DNA from: Octopus sinensis
Lineage: Eukaryota
Reading direction: 5' to 3'
Assembly: GCF_006345805.1 (NCBI RefSeq)
Contig: NC_043001.1
Location: 100,068,001-100,132,000, forward strand
DNA length: 64,000 nt
Both the position numbers and the translations under genes were made by a program. This document shows positions 51,911-64,000 of the stretch, one piece after another (within the stretch, counting starts at the first letter, position 1; each line of letters starts with the position of its first letter). The notes under the pieces are model-generated. The model saw nothing but the letters and a program-made list of their open reading frames with translations. It was not told where the DNA came from and did not search any database.

Positions 51911-54739
51911 TCATTTTTCTACTCGTACGTAAGATCGAGCAGGTGTAGCACGTGTATATACAAATGTATGGCAAGTGTACGGTAGACTACAAAATAAGAC
52001 AAACCTATAGACAAAGATTATTTGAACAAGGTTTTGACTGATATTTGACTTCCTGATATACAACTTTCTCCTGACAAAGTTTAATTACAAAATACATTCA
52101 ACATGTTTATTATGACTGATTCACACGCGAGCGAAAAGTACAGAATGAGGGGGGGGGTGTTGGATACACTGAAACACTTTGACCCACGGTTATACAATTA
52201 TCTACACATCATTATATGTCTCAGGTTAATGTAAGGAAAACAATTAGATATATTTAAATTATTATTTTACAAAAAACTTTGTCGATTCACCATTCTAGAA
52301 GCAGCAGGAAATTGGTCACACTGGTACAAAGCCACGTTCGTAGTAACAAGAAATATCCAAAGAACATTCAGAGATGACAGCGGGTTTTCTGAGATACAGG
52401 CGGACACAAAAAATGACCGCGCCCACGTTTTCTGAAAAACAAAACAACCTCGATTCAAGATACAAACAAGTTGTGAAAACTAATATTAAATAGTAATACA
52501 GCAGATACATCGTTGGAGATAACGGTAGGTCTTCTTTTAGGGCCAGTTCAGTATCAAGGCACTCTCTAAAAAACATTTAGGACCAAAATTTAGTGGGTTT
52601 ATAAACAAATAAGCCTTTACAGAATAAAGAGGTACAATGTTCGCAGTTATAGGCGCAGGTTAGAAGTTTGCTTCCCAACCACATGGTTCCGGGTTCAATC
52701 CACCTGTGTGATATCGTGCGCAAATGTCTTTTACTATAGCCTTGAACTGACCAAAGCCTTGTAAGTGGATTTGGTAGGCAGAAACTGAAAGAAGCCTTTC
52801 GTATAAGTGTGTGTGTGTGTGTGTGTTTGTCCGCCACCAACGCTTGACAACCCTAACCTAACGGTTCGGCAAAAGAAACCGATAGAATAAGTATCAGGCT
52901 TAAAAAATGTACTGGGATCGATTCATCATTCGACCAAAAATTCTTGAAGCCAGAGCCCCAGCATGGCCGCAGTCTAATGACTGATAAAAGTAAAAGATAA
53001 AAGATAAGATATTTTATAGTTTCCATTAAAAAATATCAAAACAAAAAAATGTCCAAGCACGAGATTGAAACTTATTTCAAAACTGCGAGAAATGATTCAA
53101 GGAAGGAGTTTTTATATCAGAAGCTTTTGGTTTGCTTCGAATGGACTTCCACCCCAGATTTCCAAGTTGTCACCGAAGTACCCCCCCCCCACCTCTCTCT
53201 CTTTCTCTCTCTCTTTGTACCACATGCTCACCAGCCACAGAACATGGCCGTTGATTTAACGTTCCTTAGTGTGGTGAAATAGCAATTATTATTGAAGAAC
53301 GTGGCAAATGAAATGTTATTTTTAAGTATTGTGGTATTCGCATTAAATTCATAAATGATACTCGCATCTATTTAATATTCTTCAATATTCCTGACGTTGA
53401 GAGTTACCCAACAATTTGACAAAGTTCATCGAAATATTGATATTCCGACTCAGCAAGAATACTTCTTTATGAAATTCGTGGTCTCAAGATCCTTTCTTGA
53501 CTTTCAAACTTTTGACGGTCACAGCTACGCTTTTTTAGAGAAAAGCATTTTAAAATTAGAGTTGATACAGGATGACAGTCTTTAAATGGCAGCCAAGTGA
53601 GAGGCTTCGCTGTTTTGCATAGAAGGAAGTCTGAGAATCCTATTTACCATTCTCCTAAAAACTGTAATTTCGTGGATCAAGTAACAATATGGCTAAAGGG
53701 CAGAAATGATCTTGCCTGACTTCAACTCCCAGATTCAGTTGCAATCTCCTTGTCGGAAAACGAGTTCAGTGACGAAATCTTCGACGTTGTATTTCTTGCC
53801 ATTGATGATAAAGTTGTTTCTATGAATTGCGAGAAAATAAATCCCCCCCCCGCACTCGTGCCAGACATTCTGAAGTCGATCGATTAATAACAGAACGATT
53901 AAAAGACCCTGTCAGTAACATTGAAAGCATCTTAGAATATATTAGGGGAAAAGGACCCGAATTGCAGTCGGAATAAAAATACATTCTACAATGCTGTACT
54001 TGATAATATTCTCTGTGAGGAAGTTCTGGTGTTAGACTGAATGGTCAATAAAGGAAAGAAATAAAATAGAGATAATTCGTTGCTATTATGCAAAAGTGTC
54101 GTAAGTCCAAAACGTTGCTTCTTCAGTAAACGAAAAGAATAGTTTCACCATTCCATAGAAAAAAAAATCCGTCGACAATTTTTGATATCTTGGCATCTTA
54201 AGCAGCTGGAGATACGATAGTTTGACCAAAAGAACCGGCTATTGCAAGCAAAAATAAAAGCTGAAAAAAAAAAAAAGAGGGAGAGAGAAAACGCATTTAG
54301 CTAGTTTTGGACATACGACAGTTTAACATAATAGCAACGATATGGTTTCGGAAAATGAGAAACCTACGAGTGAAATACAAATATTTATATAGCATGGCAA
54401 AAAACGACTTAGCTTAGTGCCCGAGTAAAACTGGTTTACCCTGATATATACGCACAGAAATATTTATAGGGAGATGTTTGAGATTAGCCATTTTGTAACT
54501 TAACAAATATAAACCTATAGGCTCCACCTTCGCACATAGAGTTCTGTTTCTTGTGTCAATAGTACTAAACTTTCAAACTTGTATACATATCTTTATCTGC
54601 GAGCACACGTGTATGTGTATGCATATATGTGTACATGTGTATTTGAGAGTGTATCTATATTTACGTATGTACAAATGTATGTGCATGTAAGAGAGAGAGA
54701 GAGAGAGAGAGAGAGTGTGTGTGTGTGTGAGCACGTGCG

Positions 54740-54804
<65 letters not shown>

Positions 54805-55010
54805 AGAGAGTTAGTCTGCTAATTGGCAGATGTGCTAGTGCGTCGAAGAAAATGTTTTTCCTTATTTGTTGCAGTTTTGTATGTGAAATAGCCCTGATTA
54901 ATCTGCAGGTGGCTGGCGTAGACAGGTAAAGGTGACAATGGCATGTGACGACTTTCATTCAGAACTGGATAGCGAAAACAGTCAAACATGGTACAAATAT
55001 TTCTTGGAGC

Positions 55011-55046
<36 letters not shown>

Positions 55047-55895
55047 CTCTCTCTGTGTTTCTCTCTCGTCGTCACTGTCTGTCTGTCTGTCTGTCTGTCT
55101 CTGTCTGTCTATTTTTCTCTCTCCCTCTCCCATGTGCATACCATTCATTCTCACATATGTATATATTTGTGCATTATATATATTCAGTATGGTTGAATGC
55201 CTGTTTGTCCGACGGTCCTCACGCGAACTTATGTATAATATACACGTACACACACACACGCACAGAGGCGTGCGCGCACGCGCACTTACTTGCACGCACA
55301 CACATATTACACTAAATTAAATGTTAATTTAAAATCAGATCTAAAAATTTGTTACACATGGTCGTAAGTTTCGTTCTAAACGAGTTTATCAAACGAATTT
55401 AGCTGAGGTATTTATCGTGGTGTGTGTGTATGTGTGTGTGTGCGTGTGTGTGCGTGTGTGTGTGTGCCCGCGTGTTTGTTGACAAGGGAAAGAAAGTATA
55501 TGGGAGTAGAACAGAAACAGTGGTGAAAGAGGGAAAGATGGACGAAGATGGAAAGAGAAAGAAACCCATCGATGGTTTCTCTTGAAAGAATTGAAGGACG
55601 CCAAAAGAAGTTTTATTTCTAAAGAAAGCGATGGAAAAAAAAAATCATTAAGAAACTTGCAATGAAATAAAAGTAGCAAGTAAATGACATCTATAATCTG
55701 GTGTTTCAGTACTAATTATTTATTAAGTTAATGAAACAATCTTAAAAATATTCTACATTTTTTAGGGGAAAAAAAAAGAAGAACAAAACTATTTTGGCAA
55801 GAAAATCAGCGCCAAGTCAGCAGTGTTGAAAATGGTGGGCATAAAAGAAAGCAGAGAGGATTAGACAAACGAACAAAGCAAACCGAAAGAAGGAA

Positions 55896-55945
<50 letters not shown>

Positions 55946-56642
55946 GAGAAAGAAAGAAAGAGAGAAAGGAAGGAGGAGAAGAAGAAGAAGAAGAAGAAGA
56001 AGAAGAAGAAGAAGAAGAAGAAGAAGAAGATTAAGTAGCTCAGGTGTCAGAGGTGCGGCAAGTTGTGAGGAGTTGGATAAAATAATTGAAACTGAATGTG
56101 TAAATTGAAGCCAAAGAGACGACCAAGTGAGACTACAGCAACCTGGCTCAGTCGCAGGGCTCCAAATGCACACACTTTGTTGCTTGCACCATCATATGTA
56201 AAGAGTAGTCGGTAAAATGGATGTATATTTTCGGAAAAAAAACTCCGAGCTGGAATTGTTGGGAGATGAACTCAGATTATTTATCGATAGAACTTAAAGT
56301 TTATAAGAAGTGCTTGGTGCGAAGCTCCTCTTGTTTATAAACTCTCAGTTGCCTTCATTGAAATAAGTTTACTAACCTGATCACCAGGTCTCAAAGAAAG
56401 GAAGAATCGGTTATATTGATCCTAATATATGATTGGTTATTACAATTTATTGACTTGTCAACGATGAAAGGTAAATTTGGCCTGGACGGAACAAACGATT
56501 CAGTTGATTTATTTTTCTCCTCAACAGAACTCGTAATATTTTTCATACCTGCAGCGCCAAATATTTCCAAGAGTTACCTGAATCATTCCCAAACATCTCA
56601 TCAAGCTTTAAAGGTGAACAAAATATAATGCTTCTCGCCGCT

Positions 56643-57130
56643 AATTCCGCCGAGGTCGACTTTGCCTTTCATCCTTTCGGGGTCGATAAATTTAGTACCA
56701 ATTACGCACTGGGGTCGATGTAATCGACTTAATCCGTTTGTCTGTCCTCTCTGTGTTTAGCCCCTTGTGGGTAGTAAAGAAATGGGTATTTCGTCTGCCG
56801 CTACGTTCTGAGTTCAAATTCCGCCGAGGTCAACTGTACCTTTCATCCTTTTGGGGTCGATTAAATAAGTACCAGTTACGCACTGGGTTGATATAATCGA
56901 CTTAATCCGTTTGTCTGTCCTTGTTTGTCCCCTCTGTGTTTAGCTCCTTGTGGGTAGTAAAGAAATGGGTATTTCGTCTGTCTTTACGGTCTGAGTTCAA
57001 ATTCCGCTGACGTCATCTTTGCCTTTCTATCCTTTAGTGGTCGATAAGTTAAGTACCAGTTGCGTAATGGGGTCGATGTAATCGACTGGTCCTCTCCCCC
57101 AAAATTTCGGGCCTTATGCCTAGAGTAAAA
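56643..57130 (+). mobile_element. Head-to-tail array of three 5'-truncated S1 SINE units
   Basis: Units joined twice by AAAGAAATGGGTATTTCGTCTG. Confidence 0.85.
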
Positions 57131-57149
57131 AAGAATATTCTTGGTGGAC

Positions 57150-58500
57150 ATTAATTTGTAATAATATTAAAGTGGAATCACAAAAGTGGAGTAAATCTGA
57201 AGGTGTAGTATGGAATAGTGAAGGGGCAGTGCCGTTCACTCCCTTAGCGATGGGCAAGTAAGGCTACAGCATGAATAGACTTATAAACACCTTTACAAGT
57301 CTATAAACACCTTTCAAAACTATACTGATTCGTAAAAGGCTCTGTAAATCGATGCTTAATTTAGACGCAAAATTATTATATCTCCTAAATACTCTAAGGT
57401 TGACTTGATCATTTTGTCACGTAAAGGAAATTTTAAGTTACTACCAAATGTAGTGTTGTCTAATATTTTAGATAGAATCTTATTGATCCTGGTAAACCCG
57501 CTCTTATGCTCATAGATCGAAATACTATGGATATCAGCAAATGAAAACAAACAATATGATTGGTTAAAATTCGCAGATTTAATCTACCCTTAAAGTTATA
57601 AAATACATATTTCTCAAATAAACAAGTTGAAACTAGTGTTTTCTTTGGAGACACTCTACCAGTATACGAAGTTTCAAATTATTTAGTTAACTAGAAAAAT
57701 CTGACAAACAGGCCTTGGAAGTGAAAAGATCCTTTGCCTTTCTTAAAAAGCGATAGTAAAGCCATATTTTCAAAATGTTTCTTTGACTTTTCTTGTTTTC
57801 AGTTTTTCTATCATTGTTTTTTTAACCTGTTTTGTGCAATTCTAACTTTTTCGGAGAATTTACGACACCGCAGATTGGTAATTTTGCGTATAAATTGCTT
57901 GTTTAATGTGCAATGAACTGTGAACGATAGCTCTTTATCGTCCTCGTCATTTTCTTCGATATTTTCCTGTGTACGAGTATCGTTGTTGTTTGGAAGAAAT
58001 TGCTCTTTCATTTTGTGGTTTTCTGTTGAGTCTTCCTTTTCAGAGATTCTTTTCATTCGTTGTCCAACGGTTTGAAGATTTTTATTTGCAACAATTATCT
58101 CTTCACCACCGCACAACGATCGAATGGTACGATCCGTTTGCCGGGTAGGGAGCCAAGCTTACTTATTTCTATGCACAAATAGGTCTCTTTTGCCATTCTC
58201 ATTGTTTTGGCAGACGATACACTGGGAATTGGGCCATATAACAAATTTTGTTGTTTCACTTGATCTTCATTATTTTCGTTTTCTACTTAATCTTTCCAGT
58301 TCTTCAGAGCCATCATCTCTGCGTTGATTTTTCACAAGGACAAATGTAACAAGTAAACTTTTTGCCCTGAATCAAAATCACAAACCGTTCGTTTAAGATT
58401 TGGGGATATTTTTTCCCTCTTAATTGTTCGTTTTCTTCTTTTGTCTTTGCAGTTGTGTGTTTCATCCTGTTTTATTTATTTACTTCTTGCTTTTGCTGCG
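57150..58500 (-). mobile_element. Possible CR1-like LINE 5' region (ORF1-like plus APE remnant)
   Basis: Charged ORF 57811-58116, CxxC remnants upstream, HLLISIVFRS and GSNLKFP (cf. IGVIYRSP, GDFNFP). Confidence 0.4.
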
Positions 58501-58696
58501 TTCTGTTGCTTGGAGGCATTTTGAATGGGGGATCAATGAGTGCGAGTAAACAAATTTCAAAAGTTAATGAAATAAAACTTTTATTGCTAGTACATCTCAC
58601 TAATTATTGTGGTTAGGTTTTCCATAGGTAAATATGATACTTTTTGCGGGTGCATCAAAGAAAATTTCATTTGGTAATACTTTAATAAATCGTGTC

Positions 58697-58773
<77 letters not shown>

Positions 58774-59215
58774 AGCTCTGCACGTCGAGAGTCAAACAAT
58801 GATAATTTCTACCCCAGGTACAATTTTACATAACTTTCAGGGAAGGGCATTAATCACACAACTGAACTCAGATCTTAAAGAAATAGTAAGGACTTTTGTG
58901 CGATCCCCTACCAACTCTGTCGTCCATCAATCCACTATACAGTCTTTTTTCAACAGTCATACAAAATCCGGGGCTGAGAAACTTTGATTCCCCCCATTAT
59001 TTTACTAAACGATTCGTATGTAATCGATGCCGGTCAAATTTGAACTTAAATCGTAAATAGAAGTAATTGAAATTTCTGATACTAGTAGATTTTTTTTCAA
59101 GGATACGAAGAGCGACGTAGCGTTATACTATAATACAGTTTATCTGGTACTTTACCGAATCTGTCATGCAACCGTCGTCCTTATGTAAGAACAATATAAT
59201 ACTGCTGCAACTGCA

Positions 59216-59246
<31 letters not shown>

Positions 59247-60335
59247 TTGGCGCAAATTAACACGTGTAAATTAGATTGTATAAGAATCATACTTTCAACC
59301 GAAAGTGCAGCAATGAAGTAAGTTAAAATATTGCTAGAATCGGGAATCGTGTCACGGATACGGCTTGGTGGAAATTTCTCTTTCCAGCTCAGATAAATAA
59401 ATTTATTAGTAATTTGGTGAGGGTGCAAGCGTGTTTAGATATACGGGTGGTGAGAGATGATTGTCTTTCTTCCTTTCTTGTGGTGTTCCTCATCCAATAC
59501 ATTTTTCACAGACTCATCGCACGTCCACCTACCTATTACACACACACACACACACACACACACTGTCACTCTCTCGCTCCCCCTCTCTTTCTCTTTCTCC
59601 CCCTCTCTCTGTCTCTTTTTCTCTTTCTACCTCATGACTCCATTGCAACTGTCACTATTCATTTCATAGCCACATCTCTGCTCTCACCACAGAACAGATG
59701 CTTCAACTTCTATAGAACACCATTATAGCCACCACATCACCCCTATAACCTACATCATTACCACTCTGTCAACTGCAACACTCTTATACTAACCAGCCCA
59801 GCCTCCCACGGTCCCTTACACATATCTCCATCCCCGCCGCCACCGCCGCCGCCGCCGCCACCACAATCATTATAACCCCGCAGATTGTTCTGTTGCAACG
59901 ATGCATAAAATAGCCGAGTGAGACAGAGCGAAACACCAGAAATACGACGCAAACCCGCGCAACTGATGCAGTCCTTACTCGAAGCTTGCTTACTACTATC
60001 ATACATCGAGCGAGTGATTGCAACTGATAAACAAGGTGTAACCATGGCAGCAGCAGCAACAACAACAACAACAACAACAGCAGTAGCAGCAGCAAAATCC
60101 ATGCGTCATTTGTCATTGGTTGGTGTAAGGGTGACACATTGGAATAATAATACAAGTTATTTCCCCTTGGCTGGACGTCTGACACACCGCCGAACGAACC
60201 CACAACGCGACTTTGTCACTGCAGTCCTCTGCAGCAATTCGCAGCTTCTGCTGATGCTGTCATCGTATTGTCTGCTGAGTGCAAGGAATGAGAGAGATGC
60301 TAGTGTAGGCTTGACAATAGCGATGCCATTGCTGG

Positions 60336-60381
<46 letters not shown>

Positions 60382-60505
60382 AGAAAATGACTCTCTCCGA
60401 TTCTTTGGGAACTTGTCACCTCTTCTTGTAAAACAAGCGCTGTGACATATGTTTGATTTGCTCCTCCGGTTACTAAAGAACTTTTTTTCGGTCTTTAAAG
60501 ATCCC

Positions 60506-60571
<66 letters not shown>

Positions 60572-60683
60572 TGTACGCGTGCGTGCACGAATGTAGAGAG
60601 AGTGGAAAAGTTAGATAGATAGACAGGCAGGAAGACAAAGAGACATCAGATAGGTAGGTAGAATGCTGTCTGGCTGTGTGGTA

Positions 60684-60715
<32 letters not shown>

Positions 60716-60839
60716 GGATGGATGGATGGCCGGTTAGATAGATAGATAGAACCAAAACACACTTGAAACGTAAAACGAAAATAAAAGAATATATACAATC
60801 AACATTTGATAATTTTCTGAGATTTCCTCATCTCTCTCC

Positions 60840-60893
<54 letters not shown>

Positions 60894-60989
60894 TGAACGA
60901 ACGAAACATGTAGCGAGAGTAAAAAGTATTTGCTATGTTACTGAGTTTCGTAGGTAGTGATAAGCGACAAACAATAATGATAACAATAA

Positions 60990-61375
60990 TCTTTCTTTCT
61001 ACTAAAAACACGAGGCCTGAAATTCGCGGGGAGGGAATGAGTCAATTAGATCGACCCCGGTGTTTCACTGATACATATTTTATCGACCTCGGAAAGATGA
61101 TGGTCAAAGTGGAGCCCGACGGAGTTTGAACTCAGAACGTAGCGACGCACGAGCGATTCTGTCCTTTCTTATATAGGCACAAGGCCTGAAATTTTAGGGG
61201 AGGGATTAAGTCAATTACATTGATCCCAGTAATCAACGAGTATTTAATTTATCGACCCTGAAAGGATGGAAGGCAAAGTCGACCTCGGTGGAATTTGAAC
61301 TCAGATCGTAAGGACGAACGAAATGCCGCTAAGCATTGCGACCGGCATGCAAACGATTCTGCCAGCCCACCGCCA
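60990..61375 (-). mobile_element. Multipartite S1-related SINE
   Basis: Two repeated core units TCGACCC...GAACTCAGA. Confidence 0.75.
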
Positions 61376-61619
61376 TAATGATAATAATAATTAATTCGCT
61401 TATTGGCCACAAGGGCTAACAAAAATCAATTAAAACATAAAGGGACAAAACACAGGACGAAAGTTACAAAGGATTTTGTCCGTTTGAAAAAAGTCCAACT
61501 CCCAATAGAGGGAGGCGCTTCGAAAGGTTACTCGACGAAAAACCCATAAAAGCCACGGGAGCCTGATCAAAAGGTGGGGTAGAGAGAATAAATAGAGATG
61601 TGACAGGTTAGCTTGGGAG

Positions 61620-61885
61620 GTTAAGCAGTTGTGGTCGATGAAAAAGGTAACAGTTATACCCAATAATTGCCGGAGCCCCGGGAACAGTGAGCAAAAATCT
61701 CGAGAAGTACATGGAACAAATAGGGGCTGCAATAAAGGTGGAGCACTTGCAGAAAACAGCACTGCTCGGAACCGCTCGAATACTCCGGAAGGTGCTCGAA
61801 AAATAAGAGGTGTTACCTTAGTTCACTGATAGTGAACAGCTGACACCGTAGTACTTCTCCAGCATTAGAAGCAGTGCCAAGGCAA
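61620..61885 (+). mobile_element. R4/Dong-like non-LTR element 3' end (REL endonuclease C-terminus) with (AAT)n tail
   Basis: VKQLWSMKKVTVIPIIAGAPGTVSKNLEKYMEQIG...LQKTALLGTARILRKVLEK*. Confidence 0.75.
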
Positions 61886-61889
61886 TAAT

Positions 61890-64000
61890 AATAATAATAA
61901 TAATCGTTTCTTTATTGATCGCAGGAGCCGAACACAAAACAAATAGGGACGATACAATACAAGGGAGAAGTGGTGGGGTTGAAAAATGCCGTGTATACAA
62001 TAAATAACAAAAACAATTAACAAAACAATTAAATAATAATAATAATAGTAAGTTCCCAAAAGGGGAAAGTTCCTCACAGGGATGACCGAGGGATGACCCC
62101 CACACATTCTGGTTATCCCGACCGCCAGATGCACATCAGAAGATGCCTCTCTCCTTCTCAAACTCCTCCGGTTTACAACCGAAAGTCCAGAGTAGGCCTA
62201 TTCACACGGGCCATCCTCGCCACATTCACCCACCTTTCAACAGATTTACTGGGAAGAAGAACTTCCCTCTTTACTCTCACTTTCCTTTTCAAGTTGAACT
62301 TGAAAAAGTGGATGAGGGCTTGGTCAAAGAGGAAAGTGTCTGTCTTCAGTCCTTTCAATCTCGTCCAACATACTACCTCCTTTGCTACCAGACAGAGGAA
62401 ACTGCCTTTCCTTCCCGACCAAAGGAAGGCAGTGGGGTGATCTTCACGAAGGACTCGGTTGATAACCGGATCCGCCCTACACGCTTCAGCCGCTGCTCGA
62501 CAAAGCTCCACAAGTCAGTAATGCCCGGGTACTGGTTGAGTGCATTGCAGGACGGTTTCGTCGCCCTGAGCACACCTCGCACAGGTCCGTCAGACAGCAC
62601 TTCTGTGTCTGTAGTGCTTTTCTCGAACCGGCAGAGATCACCGGTAGCACTGCCAAGCCAGAGATTTCTGGAAGTTATCCATAGGCCCCGTCCCGAAATT
62701 CCTCCGGAAAAGACCAGTTAATTGATCCCTCCCGACACTCAAAGTTTCCTCGAAGACGTCATCGCTCTTACTTTTCACTAGTCCCCTACAGAACTCCATA
62801 GTGGAAATTCCACCGACCGCGTTGCCCAATTGACAAAGAGCTGTGAGCGCTTGCCGACACTCCAGGTGCCAAGCGCCTTTTTTTAGTCTACGCTTGATTC
62901 AGAACTGTAGCTCTGTCAGTGAGACGAGCTGCAGAAAATCCAGTGTGACAAACAGCGACCACACCTTCTCACCGCTAAGAAAGCACTGGAGATATCGCAG
63001 CCTCCGTACGTATCTGGGCATCATTAGCCACAGCATACCCAGCCCTACACTCAGCAGCTGTTGACAGCAGATGCACCATCTGGCGAGCGGAACACGTCCC
63101 TTACAAAGAAAGCGCTCCAGCTTGACCATCCACGAAGCAGGGCAAGGGATGGTGGTCAGGTGGTAGTAGATGGAAGCGATGCACGCATTCGCCACCTCCG
63201 CCCGACCTTTCAGGGACAGCTTCCTCTCTGCTGTCACCGCTTCGTACTCCCTTAAAGTAGAGCCGATCACCTCAATTTCTGAGATGTCCGAAACTATTAC
63301 GGTGATGTCGTCTGCATTTTCCGACACGAACCTTTTGCATCCTAGATCATGCGGGATGCCCATCAGAATGTCCAACTTCCTTAGTAATGGCTCGAGAGCT
63401 AGCACATACAGGAGGAGAGAGAGTGGGCATCTTTGACGCACCGAACGAGCGATGCTAAACGATTCCGCTAGACGGCCGTTTACTTTGACCATCTAACAAA
63501 TGCCACTGTACATTGCAGTGATCCAGTCTCTGAAAACGGGACCAAAACCGGTCGCCTCGAGGACAGCTGCCAAATATTGATGGTCGACCCTGTCAAAAGC
63601 TTTCGGTTGATCCAAATCGATCAGAGCCCCACCCATGCCAGGTTCCTCCTTCTCTGTGATGTGGTGCGTGAGGTGGTGGTTGTCGTGGATAGATCTTTGC
63701 GGGAGGGCGCATATCTGCGCATCACCGATCAGCTTATCGACGACAAGCGCCAACCTCTTGGCTAACACCTTGGCCAAAATTTTATAATCTGAGTTCAGCA
63801 GGCTTACAGCATTGGGTATTCTCCTGTTCTGCTGCCAGTTGTGGCAGAAATCCGCCAAGTGATCTCCGAACAAGTCTGGTATATGAAGATAAAGCTCGAA
63901 CGAAAGACCATCCAGTCTCGGAGACTTCTCCCTTGTGCAGTTCGTCATCGCGTCCCATATGTCTTCGGTTGTTATCGGCATTTCGCAGAACTCTGCATCC
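61890..64000 (-). mobile_element. Tx1/L1-clade LINE ORF2 remnant running off the window edge
   Basis: KSPRLDGL, SLLNSDYKILAKVLAKRL, DLDQPKAFDRVDHQYL, SVRQRCPLSLLLYVLALEPL, NADDIT; 3' end at (ATT)n. Confidence 0.88.

Noticed and set aside
60915-60975. Minus-strand GAAAC-TCA-GTA-aca motif
   Set aside because: No stem II and a divergent core

Overview
Eukaryotic, repeat-saturated, apparently gene-poor (intronic or intergenic) DNA. The tRNA-derived SINE families, dense (TA)n/(CA)n/(AAT)n microsatellites and RTE/CR1/Penelope fossils resemble an octopus (coleoid cephalopod) genome; this is pattern recognition, not a search result. No host protein-coding gene could be supported, and most listed ORFs are microsatellite artefacts. 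Supported content: decayed mariner, maT-like Tc1/mariner, hAT, Helitron, RTE, CR1, Tx1/L1, R4-like and Penelope-like fragments; several MITEs (two Merlin-like); many SINEs; a full-length 5S rRNA copy; a ~1.8 kb tandem duplication; and a 100-N gap. The most notable signal is about ten hammerhead-ribozyme (HHR)-shaped motifs from at least five repeat families. They include recurring non-canonical cores (CCGACGA; CUGU[U/A]GA) with compensatory stem-I changes, one HHR on a tRNA-headed SINE-like element, one conventional three-stem HHR with a single G12A change, and three fold-back elements built around HHR halves. All structures were folded by eye and need computational and biochemical confirmation.
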